DNA of 64,000 nucleotides from sequence record SRR31156797_1235; one strand, 5' to 3'. Shown piece by piece: positions 56,762 to 64,000 of this stretch (position 1 is its first letter; each line of letters starts with the position of its first letter). The notes under the pieces were generated by a model. It saw only the letters and a program-made list of their open reading frames with translations, ran no database searches and was not told where the DNA came from. The position numbers and the translations under genes were made by a program.

Positions 56762-57438
56762 TATTAGTGAAAACTATAGAAAGTGTAATACAATTAGACA
56801 ATGTGAGTATGAAATTTAAGAAGCATATCATTTTCGAAGATTTATATTTCCAGTGTCAAGCTAAAGAGATAATTGGTATCGTTGGTGAAAATGGATCTGG
56901 AAAAAGTGTATTATTTAAACTTATTTCTGGATTTATTATTCCAGATAAAGGAAATATATCTGTGAATGGTATTAATATAACGAGAAATAATGCACTACCT
57001 GATAAATTAGGGGTACTTATAGAGGAACCACCTTTTTTAGAAGATATTACGGGATTTGAAAATCTTAAATTACTTTCTAGTATTAAAAATGAGATATCAG
57101 ATGCAGATATATTTGAAGTACTAAAAGAAGTAGGACTAATCGATAGAAAAGATGAAAAAGTTAAACATTACTCTTTAGGAATGAAGAAAAAACTTGGGAT
57201 TGCTCAAGCAATTATGGAAAAACAAGAAGTAATTTTATTGGATGAACCTATGAATGCTTTAGATGAGGAAAGTGTTGAAAAAATGCGTTCTTTATTTAAG
57301 AAAATAGCTACTAAAGGAGCTACTATATTAATAGCTAGTCATAATAAAGAAGATATAAATAAACTCTGCGATAAAGTTTATAGAATAAAGGATAATAAAT
57401 TAGAGAACATAGAATTTAAAACTCAAATAGAAAATTAA
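56758..57438 (+). CDS. ABC transporter ATP-binding protein
   Basis: GENGSGKS, YSLGMKKKLG, LLDEPMNALD, IASH. Confidence 0.93.
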   Translation: MILVKTIESVIQLDNVSMKFKKHIIFEDLYFQCQAKEIIGIVGENGSGKSVLFKLISGFIIPDKGNISVNGINITRNNALPDKLGVLIEEPPFLEDITGFENLKLLSSIKNEISDADIFEVLKEVGLIDRKDEKVKHYSLGMKKKLGIAQAIMEKQEVILLDEPMNALDEESVEKMRSLFKKIATKGATILIASHNKEDINKLCDKVYRIKDNKLENIEFKTQIEN

Positions 57439-57927
57439 TCTTATTGTTTTGTATAGTCATTCAAATAGCATATCGTCTTCTTAGTTATTTAAATATTCGT
57501 AGAAAACGATATGCTTTTAATACTTAAAATAATATAATTTCTTTTCAACTGTTTCAGAAAATCTATTTGATAGAGTCTACTCATCTCTACCAAATTCAAT
57601 GTTTTTTAAGCGTTAATTTGATGATAGCTTGCTTCAGCAATCGTATTATACATAAAGTTTTTTTATAATGAAAAAGTGGTAGGCGTGGTTATAAATGTTA
57701 GCTCTATATACACTTTTAATCGTTGTAATCTTAACTGTTTGGCTATAGTGATCTTTATCAGCAGCAGTGTCATTAACTTCATATGTATAAGTTGTTTTTT
57801 TCTACCCAAGCAACTAATGGCAAGGTACAATGGATTATAATAGATATTATCAAATATGTGTATTGGCTAGTGGTCGTTTTTATATTTTACAAATAGAGAA
57901 TAATCGAAAAAAAGTTAAGGGGCTATC

Positions 57928-58296
57928 ATGTTAGAATTAAGCAAATCAGAATATCAAATTCTTTACTATTTTTATGAATTCAATCAGGCTTTAACTAAAC
58001 ACGAACTATTAGAAAGACTTCCAGAACTAAACAAAAATACGACTGCTGCTGTGATAAGAAGCTTATTAAATAAAGGGTATTTAAAAGTAGAAGAGATTAA
58101 ATATTCTCAGAACGTATTAGCACGGGCTTACAGGCCTAGTATTCCTTTTATAAATTTTATAAAAGAAGAGTATGGGGAAGTGGCTGTAGAAAAATTAGTT
58201 AATCATGCAGTAAACTCTTTAAAGACCAAAAAGCAAACCGAATACTTTTCCAATCTTATAATTGAAAGAAAAAATGCCATAAATAAGAATAGTTGA
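57928..58296 (+). CDS. BlaI/MecI/CopY-like winged-helix regulator
   Basis: LSKSEYQIL..F..NQALTKHELL..LNKNTTAAVIRSLLNKGYLK. Confidence 0.7.
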   Translation: MLELSKSEYQILYYFYEFNQALTKHELLERLPELNKNTTAAVIRSLLNKGYLKVEEIKYSQNVLARAYRPSIPFINFIKEEYGEVAVEKLVNHAVNSLKTKKQTEYFSNLIIERKNAINKNS

Positions 58297-58328
58297 AAAT
58301 TTCATATTTTGTAGACTATTCAGGGAAT

Positions 58329-58367
58329 AAAAAAGGGTCAGAAACTTAAAAGTTTTTGACCTTTTTT
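58329..58367 (+). terminator. Intrinsic terminator
   Basis: aaaaagggtcagaaact..agtttttgacctttttt. Confidence 0.65.
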
Positions 58368-58655
58368 CCTAAAGAACTCTTCAAACGTTTAGTCTGGAGA
58401 CATAATTTATCGTTTCAAGAGCTTTAATTGCTTCAAAAACAGATCCGCTTGTTTGCAGTATAATTTTAGCTATTATTTTCTAACTAGCACTAAACTTTCT
58501 TCGAGCATGCTATTATAATCAATTTTCGTAGTAGAAAGTCTTGTATTTACATTGTTAAAAAATGTATTGACAATTTATATGCAATTAAATTATATTTAAT
58601 TGACCTTCTGGCTTAACACTCAATTTAGAAGGATAATGTTTAGGGAGAGAGAATA

Positions 58656-61600
58656 GTGCAGGGAAAGAAGAATTATTTTAGAAAAGGGATCGTTGGTAGC
58701 GTCATCATTCTATTGACGGCTATTGTGATACCATCTACAATAGCTGTTGCTGAAAGTATCGGGGAAATAGATTCAAAATATATGGACTCTGAATATCCTT
58801 ATTTAGTTGATTCTGAGGAACAAGTAGCTAGCCCTCAAGAGCCAACAGAAATTATAGAGGAAAGAACGGAAAATGAAGTCGTTTTAGACAATCATGATGG
58901 TACTTTCACAAAGAAAATCTATCAAGAACCCATTTATACAGAAGCTGAAAACAGCGGAAAGTTAGAGGAGGTACAGACCAATCTAATAATAGAAGATGGG
59001 GTTATTCAACCAGATAATGTGACAATACCAACAACGTTTCTTCCAAAAATGGAAAAAGGATTGTATCAGATTGTAGGAGACGGGAGCGAGAAGATCTCCT
59101 TTTCATTTAAAGGCGCTTCAGGAGTAGCCAAAGAAAGTAAAGAACAAACGAGTGAAAAGAATCAATTAATAGCAGATTCTTCAGGAGAGGTAATTGAAGA
59201 TAGCTCAGCAGCAAACAGCCAGATGCATACGCAAGAAACAATAAATGATCAGGAAGAAAAACAAGAAAAAATATATGGTGAAGAAGTATCAATCGTCACA
59301 GAAGATCGGGATGTTGAAATTTCTGAAAACGAAGCTCTTTACAAAAATGTTTTGCCAGAAATTGATTTTCGTCAAATGGTGTTTAATCAGTCAGTAAAAG
59401 AAGATTTAATCATCCATAGTGTAAACGATTACCATAGTTATTATTTTGAAATCGAAACATCACTAAATCCAAAGGTAGAGGATACTGGAGAAGTAACATT
59501 TCGAACGAAAGACAACAAATTTATTTATGAGATTCCTCGGCCGACAATGACGGATTCAAATTTTGATGAGCAATTGGGGTCAGGCATATCAAATGAAAGT
59601 AATTATTTTGAAGTGATTCCGTTAACAAAAAACTTGTATCAGCTTGTACTTCGAGTAGATAGTGATTGGATTCAGTCCACGGAACGAGTATTTCCCATTT
59701 ATATTGATCCAAGTATTACTTATAACAAGCTGCAAGATGCCAATGCTAGACAAGCGAATGGAGGTACAAACTATAGCGGAGCAAGTTTATGGCGCCCACA
59801 ACTAAAAGCACACACTTTGTGGGTAGGAAAATATCAAGATACACAAGCGAATCAAGCTTATTTTAAAACAGATATGAGTAAGATTAATCAAGCAACCATT
59901 CAAAAAGCGCAGTTTAAAGTATATAATGTTTGGCATTCATATGATAACTTATCTAATGAGCTGTCTCTAAATGCTGTTAATCAAAATTGGGACCCAAAAA
60001 AAATTACCTGGAACAACAAACCTTCGCACACTTATATAACTAAAACAAATGTAAAAAAAGCTCAGTGGGCTACTTTTGATGTCACAACACTTGTTCAAGA
60101 ATGGTCAACTGGAAAGCGAGTTAATTATGGGATCAGCTTAACTACTAAGAATCAAGATGATCATTGGAAACAAGTAGTTGCAGCAGAAAATAGTACGAAT
60201 ATTCCATATTTTGAGATTACTTATGCATATAATAAACCAGTAAAGCCTACTGTCAAAGGTATAGCACATGATAATCAGAAAACTGGACATTTAGAAATAA
60301 GTTGGCCAAAGATAAACGGTGCAACAAGTTATCAGATTATCTTATCAAGTGGAAAAGAAAATTTAGCGTTTCCTGTTGGTAATGTCACTTCTTTTTCAAC
60401 TAAAGGGAAAGGAATTTTTCCCACTGATAAAGAAATTGCGGAAGGGATTTCTCGCTACCACACAGATGGAAAAGGGACTGATTTAGCTCTTGATCCGAGA
60501 GAATTTTATGAAAACGTAGATGCAGAAGGAGCTGCAAATAGTCTAAAAGGAATATCAGGATATGATGTGAGAATTGCTGCAGTCTACCCTGGAGGTATTA
60601 GTCCTCAATCTGATTATGTACGTACCTATCTTCCAATAGGAGCACCCAAAGGCCCCATTGCAAAAGCCTATAGTAATTTAACTGAAGAAAATAGTGGTTA
60701 TGTTCAGTTAAGTTGGGAAGAGGTTCCTTTGGCGGATAGTTATGAAGTATTAGTTTTTAACGGAAAAGATTATCAAACTTTCGATGTAGGAAATACATTA
60801 ACTTGGACAACACAAGGAAAAGGTATTTGGCCAACCAACGAAGAAATTGCTGTAGGAAAGTACCAACTTCATACCGATGGTAAAGGTTCCGAGTTAGCCA
60901 AAGATCCACGACCAGTGTATAAGAATGCCGGAACACAATATGCGGCGAAGACAAATTATTGGTTTCGAGTCAGAGGGTATCGTAAAGACAATAAACATGT
61001 AAAAAGTAATGACTCTGCAGCAGCAACGCCAAGCATACCAGATAGTCAGGCGGATAAGCTGGGTATGACTGATTTTTGGACAAGTATTCCAGTTCGTGGT
61101 GGTCAGATCAATGCAGTAAATGGAAATTTGCTTGTAACGGAAGAAGATTTTAACTTAGAAGGTCGTGGAATCTCGATTGGCTTAACTCGTACATTTAATA
61201 GTTTCAATCAAGAAATGGGTATATTTGGTAAAGGTTGGTCTTCAACTTTTGAAGAAAGACTGATTGATAATGTACAAAAAAATGAAATTTATTGGATGGA
61301 AGCGGATAATAAGCAACACGTTTTTAAGAAAAAAGAAGCTGCTTATCAAGCACCACCTGGACTTTTTTCTGAAATTAAAAAAGAAGCTGATGGAACTTAT
61401 ACGAAAACAGAAGAAGATAAATCAAAGACCATTTACTCTAAAACTGGAAAATTGGTCAAAGAAATTGATAAGAATCAAAATACCACGAATTACACCTACG
61501 ATGCCGCAGACCGTCTGATAAAGATCAAAGATGCAAGTAATCGTGAGGTTATTCTAAACTACTCGAAAGATGGCTCTTTGGTAGAGAGCATCCAATTACC

Positions 61601-64000
61601 AGAAAGTAAGACTCTCTCATTTCGTTATGATAGCGAAGGGAAATTAATTGAATCAAAGACGGCCCGAGGGAAAACCTATGGTTATGGTTATAATGAGCAA
61701 AAGCAACTAATTTCATTGTACGAGCCAAAACATACAGATGAACATCCCCAAGAGACTAAATATGTTTATGAAGACAATAAAATCAAAGAGATAATTGATC
61801 CGGTACAAAAGAAAACGCAGATTGCTTATAATACAACTGAACATGTTACTACTGTCACTAATGAGAAAGGAAAAAAAACCGCTTATTATTATTCAAAGGC
61901 AGGAAATCCAGAGAAGACGATAGAAGATATCGAAGGATTAAAATTAACCACTTCCTATCAATACGAGTCCAATAACTTAATGAAAGAAATCAATCCAAAA
62001 GGACAAGCAGAAACGTATACTTACGATGGAGAAGGAAACATTCTTACCTTCACAGATGCGTATGGTACAGAGACGTACGCATATAATAAGAACAACGATA
62101 TTGTTACAGAAACAGATACAGAAAATCGTAAAACTACTACTGCATATGATGGAGCAGATGCATTATCAGAAACGATAAATGATGCAAATACTTCCTCGTT
62201 CACAATGTATGATCGCTATGGGAACATCTTGAAAGAGAGTGCTTCTTTGGGAACGGGTGAAAACATGGTGAAAAATAGTGGGTTTGAATCCGGCAATACA
62301 GAAGAATGGTATCTTTCACAAGACAAAACCCGTGCCAAAGGATCGATGAGTATTGATACCAAAGAACGAGCACCTGGTTCGCTAAGCGGGAAATATGCAA
62401 TCAAGATCCATTCTGAACCCGCAAATAATGATCGAAAAACACATAGCAGTACGTCTATCGCCCAACGATTTGATGTCGAACCAAATACCACGTATACGCT
62501 CAGTGCAGACATCAAAACAGCTAATATGAAAGCTTCTCAAGCCTTTTTAGATGTATGGTTTATTAAATCAGATAACCAAACTGGTGATGGGTGGCGGAAT
62601 AACCGAGAAACGGCAATCCAAGGCAATAGCGATTGGGTTCGAAGACAAGTTACTTTTACTACCACAAAAGAGACACGACGTATCGGCATTTATTTGAAAA
62701 ATGAGCAATTGGCTAATGAAGCTGGCAGCGGCGATGCCTGGTTTGATAATGTGCAGCTGGAAAAAGGCAGCACACATACTGGATATAACCCGGTACTAAA
62801 TAGTGGGTTAGAGGAAGCAACAGGGTTACAAGAAATTCAGCATTTCTCTCTTTCTGGAACGAAAACGAACTTGCAGTTATCAGATGAAGCTTTCTCTGGA
62901 GAACAAGGATTTGAAATGACAAGAAAAAGCGGAACAGAAGGGAATGGCTATATTGCCCAATACGTCTCATTAAATCAACAGAAAGCTGAACCAATCACTA
63001 TTTCTGCTTTATCTAAAGCCAAAAATGTGCAAGCCGGGGATAAAAGTGCTGCCCATCAAGACTACTCACTGTGGGCAGATATTATCTATCAAGATGGATC
63101 GAAAGAATTAAGACATGAGAAATTTCCGACAGGTAATCAAGATTGGAACCGTGCGGCTATTGCCGTACAACCAAAACAGCCAATCAAAGAAGTCAAATTA
63201 TTGTTTATGTTCCGAAATCAGATGACTGGTACTGCGTATTTTGACAATCTTCGTATCATGGAAGGGAGCAGGCTAACTGAAAGTGAGTACGATGTTGCTG
63301 GAAATTATGTGGTTGCTCAATATGATGAAGAACTTAGAAAAACAAGTTTTACCTATGATACATTTGGAAATCGTTTAAGTGAAACAGATGAAAAAGGACA
63401 GCAAAAGAATTTTCAATACGATAAAGACAATCAATTGGTAGTTACTCGATTGGCGAACGGGACAGAAGTGAAGTATACGTATGATGATAACGGGAATATA
63501 ACGAAACGAGAGATTGTTGCGAATGGCATAGCTCAAAGCCATGGGTATAGTTACGATGCTGATGATAAAACAACCTTGTATCAGGATCCATTAGGTCGCA
63601 AGATTTCTTATGAATATGATGCCAGCGGGAATGAAATTGGTGTGAACATGCCCAACGGTAATCAGATTAAGAATGAATATGATTCGGCAGACCGTCAAAC
63701 AAAAGTTTTGTGGGGGGCTACTCCTGCTTATAGCTTTCAATATGATCCTAATGGGAATCAAACTAAGGTTACAGATCATCTCAATCAAGTAGTAACTGAT
63801 AAAATATATGACGATGCAAATCGAATCACTAAGGTTCAAGAGCGCGGGGGAACCATCAGTTATCAGTACAAAGACAAGCCAACAAAAGATAATAAAGGAA
63901 AGACAGATAAAGTAGCCGATGTCACCATAAATAAGGGAGCGTATTCGAGCAAAGTTAGCTATGAGTACAATGCGTTGGATCAAAACACTAGTGTTAGTGA
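58656..64000 (+). CDS. WapA-like RHS/YD-repeat wall-associated protein (partial, continues past the window)
   Basis: GTG 58656 after AGGGAG; signal peptide; same frame where checked at 59 kb and at the window end; ERVFPIYIDPS; two KGI(F/W)PT..EI..G...HTDGKG..LA.DPR repeats; many YxYD..G repeats. Confidence 0.9.
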   Translation, partial: MQGKKNYFRKGIVGSVIILLTAIVIPSTIAVAESIGEIDSKYMDSEYPYLVDSEEQVASPQEPTEIIEERTENEVVLDNHDGTFTKKIYQEPIYTEAENSGKLEEVQTNLIIEDGVIQPDNVTIPTTFLPKMEKGLYQIVGDGSEKISFSFKGASGVAKESKEQTSEKNQLIADSSGEVIEDSSAANSQMHTQETINDQEEKQEKIYGEEVSIVTEDRDVEISENEALYKNVLPEIDFRQMVFNQSVKEDLIIHSVNDYHSYYFEIETSLNPKVEDTGEVTFRTKDNKFIYEIPRPTMTDSNFDEQLGSGISNESNYFEVIPLTKNLYQLVLRVDSDWIQSTERVFPIYIDPSITYNKLQDANARQANGGTNYSGASLWRPQLKAHTLWVGKYQDTQANQAYFKTDMSKINQATIQKAQFKVYNVWHSYDNLSNELSLNAVNQNWDPKKITWNNKPSHTYITKTNVKKAQWATFDVTTLVQEWSTGKRVNYGISLTTKNQDDHWKQVVAAENSTNIPYFEITYAYNKPVKPTVKGIAHDNQKTGHLEISWPKINGATSYQIILSSGKENLAFPVGNVTSFSTKGKGIFPTDKEIAEGISRYHTDGKGTDLALDPREFYENVDAEGAANSLKGISGYDVRIAAVYPGGISPQSDYVRTYLPIGAPKGPIAKAYSNLTEENSGYVQLSWEEVPLADSYEVLVFNGKDYQTFDVGNTLTWTTQGKGIWPTNEEIAVGKYQLHTDGKGSELAKDPRPVYKNAGTQYAAKTNYWFRVRGYRKDNKHVKSNDSAAATPSIPDSQADKLGMTDFWTSIPVRGGQINAVNGNLLVTEEDFNLEGRGISIGLTRTFNSFNQEMGIFGKGWSSTFEERLIDNVQKNEIYWMEADNKQHVFKKKEAAYQAPPGLFSEIKKEADGTYTKTEEDKSKTIYSKTGKLVKEIDKNQNTTNYTYDAADRLIKIKDASNREVILNYSKDGSLVESIQLPESKTLSFRYDSEGKLIESKTARGKTYGYGYNEQKQLISLYEPKHTDEHPQETKYVYEDNKIKEIIDPVQKKTQIAYNTTEHVTTVTNEKGKKTAYYYSKAGNPEKTIEDIEGLKLTTSYQYESNNLMKEINPKGQAETYTYDGEGNILTFTDAYGTETYAYNKNNDIVTETDTENRKTTTAYDGADALSETINDANTSSFTMYDRYGNILKESASLGTGENMVKNSGFESGNTEEWYLSQDKTRAKGSMSIDTKERAPGSLSGKYAIKIHSEPANNDRKTHSSTSIAQRFDVEPNTTYTLSADIKTANMKASQAFLDVWFIKSDNQTGDGWRNNRETAIQGNSDWVRRQVTFTTTKETRRIGIYLKNEQLANEAGSGDAWFDNVQLEKGSTHTGYNPVLNSGLEEATGLQEIQHFSLSGTKTNLQLSDEAFSGEQGFEMTRKSGTEGNGYIAQYVSLNQQKAEPITISALSKAKNVQAGDKSAAHQDYSLWADIIYQDGSKELRHEKFPTGNQDWNRAAIAVQPKQPIKEVKLLFMFRNQMTGTAYFDNLRIMEGSRLTESEYDVAGNYVVAQYDEELRKTSFTYDTFGNRLSETDEKGQQKNFQYDKDNQLVVTRLANGTEVKYTYDDNGNITKREIVANGIAQSHGYSYDADDKTTLYQDPLGRKISYEYDASGNEIGVNMPNGNQIKNEYDSADRQTKVLWGATPAYSFQYDPNGNQTKVTDHLNQVVTDKIYDDANRITKVQERGGTISYQYKDKPTKDNKGKTDKVADVTINKGAYSSKVSYEYNALDQNTSVS

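Noticed and set aside
57600-57810. Minus-strand open stretch resembling a surface-protein fragment
   Set aside because: No start or RBS and too degenerate to assign

Overview
Low-GC Firmicute chromosome, most like Enterococcus; the casseliflavus/gallinarum assignment is inferred from gene content and codon style. Core metabolic blocks alternate with AT-richer accessory blocks. (1) 1-10.3 kb is a defence-like island: a membrane-anchored XRE regulator, an unannotated 356-aa protein with R-S-E ADP-ribosyltransferase motifs, a type I RM operon (half-size hsdS, hsdR, hsdS, hsdM) and a small Cro/C1 HTH gene. A TTATATAAGTAT motif recurs at three promoter regions of this island. (2) 10.4-18.8 kb holds a GH2 beta-galactosidase with a sugar ABC transporter, then an Rgg regulator and an MFS exporter with a leader micro-ORF and an SD-sequestering hairpin. 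(3) 18.8-27.2 kb is a fructo-oligosaccharide/sucrose island flanked by a degenerate duplication of the MFS 3' end. (4) 28-50 kb covers citrate fermentation (oad/cit), a divergent two-component pair, a fumarate-reductase-like lipoprotein, an AA10 LPMO and the malolactic locus. (5) 50.2-64 kb holds a type I toxin-antitoxin module, decayed mobile-element genes (frameshifted C5 methyltransferase and others), a very AT-rich cassette (secreted ...WSPD protein, three membrane proteins, ABC ATPase), a BlaI-like regulator, and a WapA-like RHS/YD protein that runs off the window and is absent from the ORF track. No rRNA, tRNA or CRISPR array was seen.
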